From: a virus
Lineage: Duplodnaviria; Caudoviricetes
Direction: 5' to 3' (one strand)
IMG/VR virus record: IMGVR_UViG_3300048853_000016
Location: 1-43,799 of that record
Length of the DNA stretch: 43,799 nucleotides
The first letter of the stretch is position 1, and each line of letters starts with the position of its first letter. Of this stretch, positions 1 to 7,026 are shown in pieces. Under the pieces are notes generated by a model. That model was not told where the DNA came from. It did not search any database and saw nothing but the letters and a program-made list of their open reading frames with translations. Position numbers and translations under genes: made by a program.

Positions 1-68
1 TGCAAGCAAAATGGCGCCTTGCCGGCCCTCCCAGCGCCGAATACCGACGCGTGACTGCTATATCGTCC

Positions 69-125
69 TGGTGCGGGTAGAGAGACTTGAACTCCCACGC
101 CTTGCGGCACCAGAACCTAAATCTG
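69..125 (-). pseudogene. 3' part of disrupted host tRNA-Leu(TAG)
   Basis: Minus strand CAGATTTAGGTTCTGGTGCCGCAAGGCGTGGGAGTTCAAGTCTCTCTACCCGCACCA; joins with 43674-43715 into a complete tRNA; upstream phage sequence supplies no D-arm or acceptor 5' strand. Confidence 0.93.
112..125. repeat. att core, left junction (AGAACCTAAATCTG)
   Basis: Exact 14-bp direct repeat with 43674-43687; covers the anticodon loop. Confidence 0.95.
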
Positions 126-160
126 ACTTCGGGGTTTTACTATTCCGGAAAACCCAACAA

Positions 161-173
161 AATCAAAGCCTTA
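161..173 (+). promoter_or_regulatory. IHF-type site in att arm
   Basis: AATCAAAGCCTTA matches WATCAANNNNTTR. Confidence 0.55.
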
Positions 174-202
174 CCACCCCTGCAAAGTACTATACTCCCC
201 AC

Positions 203-240
203 TGTGGCACGCGATTTTGGCACAATGTGCCATGTGTCAC
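203..240. repeat. Putative integrase arm-type sites (TGTGYCA cluster)
   Basis: Palindrome TGGCACA-A-TGTGCCA (218-232), TGTGTCAC (233-240) and TGGCAC (205-210) beside the att core. Confidence 0.45.
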
Positions 241-1259
241 GTGGGCATTTCGGTGCCCTGATACCCTGCAAGCTTGTTGATTGCAAGGCGCTTGCGCTCA
301 GCGGACGTGTGGGCATACCGCTGCGTCGTTTCGATGCGCTTGTGACCGAGCAGCTCCTGTGCCGTGCGAATGTCGGTGTGCAGGAGGATGTTCGTCGCGA
401 ACGTGTGACGCAGCACGTGAGGCACGTAGTTATGGTCGTCCGTCATGCCGAGGGCCGACTGCATCTTCCGCCAGTGCTCACGATACCACGCGGGCTTCTT
501 CTTAAAGAGCTTCGCGTCGGGATCATTGAGCGGCTTTGCCCTACGCTCCAGAACTTCCTTCGCCCTGGCCGTGAGCGGCACGTCGCGGTTCGGTCCCGCC
601 TTTGTGTCGTAGGTCCAGAGGTCAGCCATTCCGGCGTCACGCTTGGTGATCCTCAGCACTTCGCTCTGCCGGAAGCCGGTGTCGAGCGAAATGATGATGT
701 AGTCGCGCAGCTCATCCTCGGCGAACTCTTCGCACCACTTCAACATGGCCTCGATCTCGTCGTCCTCATAGAACCTGACGCGGGTCTCGCGCTCCTTGAT
801 CAGGCCCATGTCGAACAACTTGTCGAGTTTGCCAAGCTTGAACGCTTCCTTCGCCATGACAGAGAGCGTGGCAAGCTTGCGGTTGATCGTGGCATCCGAC
901 CGCTTCCAACCGGCGACCGTGGTCTTGATCGTCAGCGTGTCGGCATAGCAGAGCGACCGAACGTCCCGCATGGGGCCGAGGATGTCGACAACATGCTGAG
1001 AGTTGATGAGCGCTGTCTTTTCTCCCTTGGTGCCCTTCCAGCGCGTCTCAGCGACGAGATCGCGCAGCTCCTGCAGGGTCATCTTCTCCTCGACCTTCTT
1101 GGCCGTGGCATTGAGTTCGTACCTGCCCGAGAGAAGAGCGGCCTTGGTCTCAGCCTCCCATATCTCTGCATCCCGCCGGTTCGGGAAGTCCTTACGAAGC
1201 CTCTGTCCCTTGTAGGAAACAGAGGCTTGCCAAGATGTTCCTCGCTGTTTAATAGGCAT
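237..1259 (-). CDS. int: Tyrosine recombinase / phage integrase
   Basis: TGFRQSE (R), HVLRH (HxxR), LLGH..IETTQRY (H/Y); start MPIKQRG with AGAAGGAG RBS. Confidence 0.95.
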   Translation of the reverse strand: MPIKQRGTSWQASVSYKGQRLRKDFPNRRDAEIWEAETKAALLSGRYELNATAKKVEEKMTLQELRDLVAETRWKGTKGEKTALINSQHVVDILGPMRDVRSLCYADTLTIKTTVAGWKRSDATINRKLATLSVMAKEAFKLGKLDKLFDMGLIKERETRVRFYEDDEIEAMLKWCEEFAEDELRDYIIISLDTGFRQSEVLRITKRDAGMADLWTYDTKAGPNRDVPLTARAKEVLERRAKPLNDPDAKLFKKKPAWYREHWRKMQSALGMTDDHNYVPHVLRHTFATNILLHTDIRTAQELLGHKRIETTQRYAHTSAERKRLAINKLAGYQGTEMPT

Positions 1260-1274
1260 ACAGCTTCTCCTTCT

Positions 1275-1358
1275 GCCCAGTTGGTGAAACGGTAGACACA
1301 CGGGTTTTAGGTACCCGCGCCGAAAGGCATGGGGGTTCAAGTCCCTCACTGGGCACCA
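1275..1358 (+). tRNA. Phage-encoded tRNA-Leu, anticodon TAG (1308-1310)
   Basis: Acceptor GCCCAGT/ACTGGGC, D-loop GG, anticodon stem CGGGT/ACCCG with loop TTTAGGT, long variable arm, T-loop TTCAAGT, discriminator A, encoded CCA. Confidence 0.95.
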
Positions 1359-1369
1359 TTTTCCACGTG

Positions 1370-1531
1370 TTACTTTTTGGTGATTTCCGACCACTCAGGT
1401 GGCGGTTGGTTGGCCCCGGTTGTCAACCACAGGGCCATGTAGACGGCGGCCCCAGGTGGCCAGCCAGCTTGGACAAAGCGCTCCCTCCATGTTGCGGCGG
1501 ACAGGCCGAGAAAGAGCTTCTGCGTCTTCAT
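1370..1531 (-). CDS. Small hypothetical protein (53 aa, MKTQKLF...)
   Basis: TGATG overlap with the repressor stop codon. Confidence 0.4.
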   Translation of the reverse strand: MKTQKLFLGLSAATWRERFVQAGWPPGAAVYMALWLTTGANQPPPEWSEITKK

Positions 1532-1971
1532 CAGGCCCTCTTCGCCGCCGATTTTTCCGCAAGAGAACGCTGGTAAACGCCGTTCAGGTATTCCTTCGCG
1601 CTCGGGAAGCGGAAGTCCTCGACCACGGCGTTGGGGTCGATAGCTACGATGAGTTGGCGGGCGAGTTGCCTTCCCTTCGGGCTGAGGAACATGATCAGCC
1701 GACGCCCCTCGTTCGGATCGTTCGTGGCCTCGATAAGGCCATATCCCGGCTTTCCTAGGCGGTGCCACTCACCGAGCGCCGCGACGTTGCGCGAGCAAGA
1801 GGACTGCGACAGGCCCACCTCCTCCGCGAGCTGGGCCATTGTGATGCCCGGGCGAGCCATGACGACCAGAAAAACATGGGCCATCTGGATGGGCATCTGC
1901 TCGCCGCCTTTACGCAGCGTGCTGATCACCTGAAGGAGCTTCGAGAGGTTTGTGTTGAAAGGCATTGTCAT
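1531..1971 (-). CDS. MarR-family winged-helix regulator, probable prophage repressor
   Basis: PGITMAQLAEEVGLSQSSCSRNVAAL HTH and DPNEGRRLIMFLSPKG wing; next to integrase; start may be 1965. Confidence 0.85.
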   Translation of the reverse strand: MTMPFNTNLSKLLQVISTLRKGGEQMPIQMAHVFLVVMARPGITMAQLAEEVGLSQSSCSRNVAALGEWHRLGKPGYGLIEATNDPNEGRRLIMFLSPKGRQLARQLIVAIDPNAVVEDFRFPSAKEYLNGVYQRSLAEKSAAKRA

Positions 1972-2245
1972 TGTCCCCCGACCGGTAAATGTATTCTGCG
2001 TCATCAGATGTAGTCACAAGTGGTTTATAACGCCGATTGCGAAATACCTCAAGTGAGACCGTAACGTGAACATTCCCCAGCCACAGTTCGAGGTCTCTAG
2101 GGTGAAAACAGAGGTCTAAAAACCGTCTCCCGAACGTTGCAGCGGGATACTCGATGAACATGGAAATGGCAAGCAGGTCGAGGAAGACAGTTTTCATTTT
2201 TTGCAACCCCAGCAAACGTTTAGAGGGATAAATTTGGCAGGCCAT
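1910..2245 (-). CDS. Hypothetical protein upstream of repressor
   Basis: 111-aa ORF in phage orientation; start uncertain; overlaps the repressor 5' end. Confidence 0.35.
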   Translation of the reverse strand: MACQIYPSKRLLGLQKMKTVFLDLLAISMFIEYPAATFGRRFLDLCFHPRDLELWLGNVHVTVSLEVFRNRRYKPLVTTSDDAEYIYRSGDNDNAFQHKPLEAPSGDQHAA

Positions 2246-2308
2246 CCCCCCTTAGGCCTCACGCAGTACTAAAACAGGTTGTAAAAGTGACAACAAACCA
2301 ACCGGTTC

Positions 2309-2437
2309 TCAAGATCGGCCCTTTTTGGGTCGGCCTATCCTTGGTTTGGATATCACGCCATGTTGCAAGTGAGCAACATCCCGGTAGTGGATTTCAAATT
2401 TCAAGTCGTCTTCTTCACCTCCTTGGTTGTGAATCAT
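2309..2437 (-). CDS. Possible small basic protein (...KPRIGRPKKGRS)
   Basis: 42-aa ORF; internal AAGGAGGTG could serve a TTG start at 2404. Confidence 0.3.
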   Translation of the reverse strand: MIHNQGGEEDDLKFEIHYRDVAHLQHGVISKPRIGRPKKGRS

Positions 2438-2445
2438 GTGGATAA

Positions 2446-2511
2446 ATCCACGACCATCGAGGGCCGTGTTTGACCCTCTAGGTTTCGGCCTCCTGGCCTC
2501 TTCAGGTGGAT
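2446..2511 (-). ncRNA. Hammerhead ribozyme, type I
   Basis: Stem I AUCCAC/GUGGAU, core CUGAAGA, stem II GGCC-AGGA-GGCC, GAAA, stem III, GUC cleavage triplet at 2454-2452. Confidence 0.85.
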
Positions 2512-2672
2512 GCGATAGTGACTTTCCCGGCCCAGCCAGCGAGCAACCTTGCGACTGTCACAGCAGCGGCCTTTGTCGGATAGGTGTTCGGCAGCGGGTT
2601 GATCCATCGCGGCTGTAGGTGAGTGATCTGCCAAGCGCCCTTGGCCTTGCGGCTGACCTGATAGGTGCTCAT
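2502..2672 (-). CDS. Small early hypothetical protein (56 aa)
   Basis: GAGGA RBS and ATGA overlap with the upstream gene. Confidence 0.6.
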   Translation of the reverse strand: MSTYQVSRKAKGAWQITHLQPRWINPLPNTYPTKAAAVTVARLLAGWAGKVTIAST

Positions 2673-3037
2673 ACGCGGTCCTCGTTGCTGCACTGCATGA
2701 TGAAGTCTTCAAGCACGGCAGAGGCCTCGCGGGAGCGCTCGACGAGGGTCTCGCGGTCGCTGGATGGTGCACTCCCCGCGTCGAGAATGTCCCTAGCGTG
2801 GGCCATCGGAGCGAGAATGGCGTTCATGATCTGGAGCGCGGTGGCCTGATCAGTGAAATCGCCAATGGCCCTGACGTAAGACCCCGCGACCCCGTAGAGC
2901 GTCCAGAATGTCTCAAACTGGCGACCTTGTTCCTTCCAGTCATCACGGTCAGCCTCGAAGTCCTCATAGGTGCGATAGCTCACGCATGCCCCGTCGATCT
3001 CGATCACAGGACGAACTTCAAAGTACTGGAACTCCAT
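2669..3037 (-). CDS. Early hypothetical protein (122 aa)
   Basis: AAAGGA RBS before MEFQYFEV. Confidence 0.7.
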   Translation of the reverse strand: MEFQYFEVRPVIEIDGACVSYRTYEDFEADRDDWKEQGRQFETFWTLYGVAGSYVRAIGDFTDQATALQIMNAILAPMAHARDILDAGSAPSSDRETLVERSREASAVLEDFIMQCSNEDRV

Positions 3038-3054
3038 GTCTGTTCCTTTCGATT

Positions 3055-3120
3055 TGACAGCCATCATCAGGCGCGGGATGTCAGCCCGCACGACCGGCCC
3101 CTCCTGAGCCGGTTTCGGCA
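3055..3120 (-). ncRNA. Hammerhead ribozyme, type II with pseudoknot
   Basis: GCC-GAAA-CCGGCUC/GGGCCGG-UC, stem I GUGCGGG/CCCGCGC, CUGAUGA-U-GGC; loop UGACA pairs with 3' UGUCA; GUC at 3094-3092. Confidence 0.9.
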
Positions 3121-3125
3121 TTTGC

Positions 3126-3141
3126 TATGCACATGTGGATG
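3126..3141. promoter_or_regulatory. Operator-like 16-mer
   Basis: TATGCACATGTGGATG. Confidence 0.65.
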
Positions 3142-3196
3142 ATTGAGAGCGTGACTCGGCATTGCCCGCAGTCTGTCGCGCTGCTACTTGCCAAGT

Positions 3197-3610
3197 ATGG
3201 ACGCCAGATATGACATCGAGGGTGCGATTTTCATCCGTTTCGCGATGGTCGGTCGCCCCGTGCTCAACGGCCTCGCCGGGAAAGGGCAGCGACGAAAGCG
3301 TGATCCTCATTGCGCCACGCTATTCGCCCGCGACATCATCAATTCGATGCGGCGGGAAATCAGCTTCCGACAACAGGGTGAGACGGTGCAAGATGCTACC
3401 GTCGAGGAGTTCTTGGCCGGGGCTATCTGGGAAATCCCTATCGAGGATTTCGTGGTGCTTGTCGGCATCGACGCAACGCCGAGAGACGCGATGAAGCGGA
3501 GCATCTCAAAGCGGCTGGCCACGCGGCTAGAAGCGGAGTTCGAGCTCTTTTCCTCCCCTGCTTTCTACCACGGGCATAGCGGAACAGGTCCACTCGGCCC
3601 GAGGAAATAG
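3197..3610 (+). CDS. Hypothetical protein, counter-oriented moron
   Basis: 137-aa ORF filling the gap between two operator copies; TTGCCC-N17-TACTTG ends 6 nt before the ATG. Confidence 0.55.
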   Translation: MDARYDIEGAIFIRFAMVGRPVLNGLAGKGQRRKRDPHCATLFARDIINSMRREISFRQQGETVQDATVEEFLAGAIWEIPIEDFVVLVGIDATPRDAMKRSISKRLATRLEAEFELFSSPAFYHGHSGTGPLGPRK

Positions 3611-3618
3611 ACAGTTAC

Positions 3619-3634
3619 TATGCACATGTGGATA
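3619..3634. promoter_or_regulatory. Operator-like 16-mer
   Basis: TATGCACATGTGGATA. Confidence 0.7.
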
Positions 3635-3636
3635 AT

Positions 3637-4377
3637 TCAGCCCAACACAAAGCCCGAGCGGTCAGTCTTGGCCCTGCCCTTCGCATAAAGCCCAACGATC
3701 ACGCCCTTAGGGTCGAGGAAGCGCAGATCGGTTTCGTCACCGTCGATCACATCGCGGCAGGTTTCCCCGTACTGCGCCAGCTTGTCGACGAAATAGTCGC
3801 GAAGCTCCTTGGTCCGGTAGACGACAGCCATGTTAGCGCCGGTCTCTTTTGCAGCCGTGGTGACCGCATCGGCATAGGCCTTGTTCGCTTCCGAATAGGA
3901 CAGAACCAACGAGTAGTTGGTGGGAAGCTCACGATACACACGCTTGTAGATTTTCGTGTAATCGTAGAACTGCACCATCGGGAACGCTTCGAAGATCGAC
4001 TTGAAGCCATTCACAGGATGCGCGACCTCGAATTGAATGTCGCTGGTGCCGTTAAGTCGGACTGCAGGACGAACGCCCTTGCGCTCACAGTACCGAACGA
4101 ATGCAGCAATATCTGCAGCGAGATCGGTCATGAATGCAGTCCGATTGGCCAGATAACGCTTGGTCTTGTTGATGCGAGCGAGCTGGACGTTGTTGTAAGC
4201 GCCCCTGCCCGCAGTGTTCAGGCATCCTTGGACGCATCCAGCCGTTTCAGCCATCGGGCAGACGTTACCGCCAGCCAGATTGAACGGCGCGAGGTACATG
4301 ATGGCGGTCTCATACTCGCCATCACCTTTGACCGTCTTGGCATTGTTGCCGGAGCGGATGAGAGAACCTTTGAACAT
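3637..4377 (-). CDS. GP88-family phage protein (Cys cluster, radical-SAM-like)
   Basis: CPMAETAGCVQGC, VRLNGTSDI, FYDYTK and GDETDLRFLD motifs. Confidence 0.75.
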   Translation of the reverse strand: MFKGSLIRSGNNAKTVKGDGEYETAIMYLAPFNLAGGNVCPMAETAGCVQGCLNTAGRGAYNNVQLARINKTKRYLANRTAFMTDLAADIAAFVRYCERKGVRPAVRLNGTSDIQFEVAHPVNGFKSIFEAFPMVQFYDYTKIYKRVYRELPTNYSLVLSYSEANKAYADAVTTAAKETGANMAVVYRTKELRDYFVDKLAQYGETCRDVIDGDETDLRFLDPKGVIVGLYAKGRAKTDRSGFVLG

Positions 4378-4393
4378 GTCGAATGCCCTTTTC

Positions 4394-4409
4394 TATGCAC
4401 AGGTGGATA
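4394..4409. promoter_or_regulatory. Operator-like 16-mer
   Basis: TATGCACAGGTGGATA just upstream of the GP88 RBS. Confidence 0.7.
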
Positions 4410-4520
4410 GGACTAAGGACAGCTCGACTCGCGACAGCTGGTGATCCCAGCCCCCTGCCCTTAATGCTATCCACGTGGGATAGGCATGCGGATTACAAAG
4501 CCCTCCGCTGGTCTATTCGA

Positions 4521-4533
4521 TTGTCAAAGAACG
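4521..4533 (-). promoter_or_regulatory. boxA-like antitermination element of the early leader
   Basis: CGTTCTTTGACAA resembles rrn/lambda boxA (GCTCTTTAACA). Confidence 0.45.
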
Positions 4534-4588
4534 CAGCGCCTTCTTGCGTCGTTGCTGTTTGTGCATCCTTTGTGTCATATCGATTTGC

Positions 4589-4604
4589 TATGCACAAGTG
4601 GATA
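4589..4604. promoter_or_regulatory. Operator-like 16-mer at probable early host-RNAP promoter
   Basis: TATGCACAAGTGGATA upstream of the boxA-like element. Confidence 0.65.
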
Positions 4605-4671
4605 GTAACGAAAAACATCATCGATCTGCTAAGCGGTTGATTTTGATTCGATAAATTTTCCGCTGGCTGAA

Positions 4672-4860
4672 TCACCAATCGATTTGGTAGCCATGTATGG
4701 GAGCATCTACCGCACACCAATCACGTATGCGGGATATTGCGAAGCTCAGTTGATGCCCGCGATATAGCACCACCAAATCGTCTGCTTCGCGTCGCAAGGG
4801 CTGGGCAATGTAAGAGCGGAGTGCACCGCTCTCATCGACCACTTCAAAAACGAATCTCAT
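4672..4860 (-). CDS. Small hypothetical protein, possibly WYL-like
   Basis: 62-aa ORF; R..IAQP...LVVLY....SFAISRI pattern. Confidence 0.4.
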   Translation of the reverse strand: MRFVFEVVDESGALRSYIAQPLRREADDLVVLYRGHQLSFAISRIRDWCAVDAPIHGYQIDW

Positions 4861-5019
4861 AGCACTACCACTTAGAATTTAGGGGTATGTACGCGTGCGC
4901 TGCTTGAGCCAGCCTTGCGGCAATAGGGTGCCCCATTCAAGGGTGGCGTATTAACATAGCGAGGCGACCTCCGACCTCATCTAGCGCAATGCGGGGGCCT
5001 TTTAGTCGGTCGCTGAGGG

Positions 5020-5886
5020 CTACTCTTTCGGGAATGGCGGAGGGTCGAGCGGATAGACCAATCCCCTTGGCACATCGTCGGCCTTTTTTGGCGTGGGAAA
5101 TATGACAGGCCAAACCTGAAGAATTGCGGCCACCGCCAGTACGATCGTTAAGAGCACCATACTCCTTTGGATTCTTGTATTTTCGTTGTGCCGAGTGGTC
5201 TCTTGCTCTTCCTTGTCCAGAGTTGCGATCGCCTTAGGGGCCAGCCGGTATGCGATAGTGTTCTTACCCTGCACCAAATCGCCGGAGATCACTAGGGAGC
5301 TCAGCACGTAGCGATAATATGAGGAGAGATCATCTGCTTTCGGGTGAAGCGACCACCGGAGCCCGTACATAGCAGACATGATGCCAGTCGCCGAAGTCTC
5401 GTACTTGTGATCCTTGATTGTATTCTCCAGAATTATCTTAAGAACTGTGGTTCTGTCCTCTCGAGCAAAACTCCTCTTATTGTAAAAATACTGACATGTC
5501 TCGTTGATGTGGCGGTTAAAAAACGCATACTTGGTGTAATGACGTAATATAAACGAATGCGCAGGTAAGAAAAAGTAATCGTAGTCTTTATACCAGTGTC
5601 TAAACCTAAATGAATATTGATCAAAATACCTGAATGGAATGCTCGCTTCTGTGCCACCCCTTTTTTTCGATACTCCAACACCGGAGACGCCCTCCGGTTT
5701 CATCTCTCTCACGGCGAACATAGAGCCGGTCTTGTGTTCCAGGTAAGCGCCGTAATAGTCATTTTTTCTCGCCGCTTCTCCGGAGAGCGAGAATGGTCCC
5801 TTCGGCGGCGGCTTCTTTAACGCGATGCGTATTGCCCACTTCACTGCGGCCCGGCGAACCCAGCTTCTCACCAAACCATGACGCAT
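5020..5886 (-). CDS. AT-rich moron protein with wHTH-like region and C-terminal TM helix
   Basis: 288 aa; MVLLTIVLAVAAILQVWPVIF hydrophobic tail; visibly lower GC than core genes. Confidence 0.75.
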   Translation of the reverse strand: MRHGLVRSWVRRAAVKWAIRIALKKPPPKGPFSLSGEAARKNDYYGAYLEHKTGSMFAVREMKPEGVSGVGVSKKRGGTEASIPFRYFDQYSFRFRHWYKDYDYFFLPAHSFILRHYTKYAFFNRHINETCQYFYNKRSFAREDRTTVLKIILENTIKDHKYETSATGIMSAMYGLRWSLHPKADDLSSYYRYVLSSLVISGDLVQGKNTIAYRLAPKAIATLDKEEQETTRHNENTRIQRSMVLLTIVLAVAAILQVWPVIFPTPKKADDVPRGLVYPLDPPPFPKE

Positions 5887-6073
5887 AAGTACCCTCTACT
5901 GCGGTTGTGACTGCCACATATAACAACTCGAAAAAGCATTATCACCCCATGAAAGGCGAAGACCGAAACATAAACGAAATCACAATCGGTCCCGCGATCT
6001 TCGCGCTTTCATGTGGCCCACGCTAGATCAATCATCTGCTGCAGTGTAAAGGTAAATCAATCACTTAGACGGT

Positions 6074-6099
6074 CATGTGTCACGACCATGTGTCACGAC
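6074..6099. repeat. 13-bp tandem repeat CATGTGTCACGAC x2
   Basis: Exact copies at 6074-6086 and 6087-6099; CCATGTGTCACG also at 230-241. Confidence 0.85.
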
Positions 6100-6206
6100 T
6101 GGCACTGGAAGACCGACGAAAGCGTGAAATAGAGGGGGCACCGGGGGGAAGTCGCGGTTCTTCATATCTGATCTGTAGTCAGAAATTTTTGCAGCAAACA
6201 TTCCGG

Positions 6207-6410
6207 CTAGTGCGATGGGGGGTTCTGGTCGAGCAAGGCAAGAAGGTCTTTCCGGGTCAGGCGCCGATCCTGCATGAGGTCGAGTATCTTGAGGGCTGCG
6301 GCCTTGGCTTCCAGGCTGTTGGGACGACATCCGTGCCGAGAACACCAAGCCATCAGCACCGCCCGCATCACGAAAACGACATCCAAACGACCGTAACTTG
6401 GCTGAGCCAT
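6207..6410 (-). CDS. Small hypothetical protein (67 aa)
   Basis: AAGGGGAGG RBS before MAQPSYG. Confidence 0.55.
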   Translation of the reverse strand: MAQPSYGRLDVVFVMRAVLMAWCSRHGCRPNSLEAKAAALKILDLMQDRRLTRKDLLALLDQNPPSH

Positions 6411-6540
6411 AGCGTGCACCCTCCCCTTATAAACGGATAAATTGCGAGCATCAGCGGAAACAATCAAAGAAACGTTACTGGGCAACATTCCGCCCCTTCC
6501 GCGTTTACTCTTCCGGTGCACGAGGGCTGGGAGGTTCAGG

Positions 6541-6753
6541 ATGCCCAAGAAGAGCGAGCTTGAGATCGGTGACGAAGTGATCCTCCACGGGGAGATCGTC
6601 TGGATCGACGATGACTTCACCCCAAGGATACATGTCCAGGGCTGCGACTACCCCATCAGAGTCAGCGCATCGCTGGTGGAGGTGGTCGCAAAGGGGAAGA
6701 AGCCCAGGCACAGGATCAAGAAGCGGGAGGACTGGCTAGGACAGGGAGGTTAG
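6541..6753 (+). CDS. Small beta-barrel (KOW/SH3-like) hypothetical protein
   Basis: GGGAGG RBS; LEIGDEVILHGEIVWID pattern. Confidence 0.55.
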   Translation: MPKKSELEIGDEVILHGEIVWIDDDFTPRIHVQGCDYPIRVSASLVEVVAKGKKPRHRIKKREDWLGQGG

Positions 6754-6849
6754 GAACCCGTGAGCTAGGCCGATGACGATGATCGCGATGAAGATGTGCT
6801 TCTGATATTTGACGACGAACATGGTAGCCAGTGAGATGCTGATTGCCAT
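6736..6849 (-). CDS. Possible hydrophobic peptide (37 aa), positional analogue of T7 gp19.5
   Basis: MAISISLATMFVVKYQKHIFIAIIVIGLAHGFLTSLS downstream of the last phage promoter; no clear RBS. Confidence 0.3.
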   Translation of the reverse strand: MAISISLATMFVVKYQKHIFIAIIVIGLAHGFLTSLS

Positions 6850-6994
6850 TTAGGTTACCAAGAGGACACCGCTAGGTGGCCGATTGGTAACTATTGGTTT
6901 TACTCATCAATATCATTCTCATCAACAGCCTAAAGAGAAGTCGGAGGGGAGAGCGTATTCTCAGTTCCCCCCTCCTCCCCCTTTAGTCTCTCTC

Positions 6995-7011
6995 CATATA
7001 TCAGGGGTAAT
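6995..7011 (-). promoter_or_regulatory. Phage RNAP promoter after terL (phiOR-like)
   Basis: ATTACCCCTGATATATG, one of six near-identical copies. Confidence 0.85.
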
Positions 7012-7026
7012 CTCTGGTTGGTCTTC

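Noticed and set aside
1260-1394. 45-aa N-terminal extension of integrase in the ORF track
   Set aside because: It is the antisense reading of the tRNA; the RBS supports the ATG at 1259
4487-4510. GCGGAGGG...TAA segment as a twister ribozyme
   Set aside because: No matching P4 loop or pseudoknot partner found; kept only as a hairpin
2437-4604. Operator cluster as a CRISPR array or host oriC
   Set aside because: Spacing is irregular with genes in between; only two exact DnaA boxes and no oriC context
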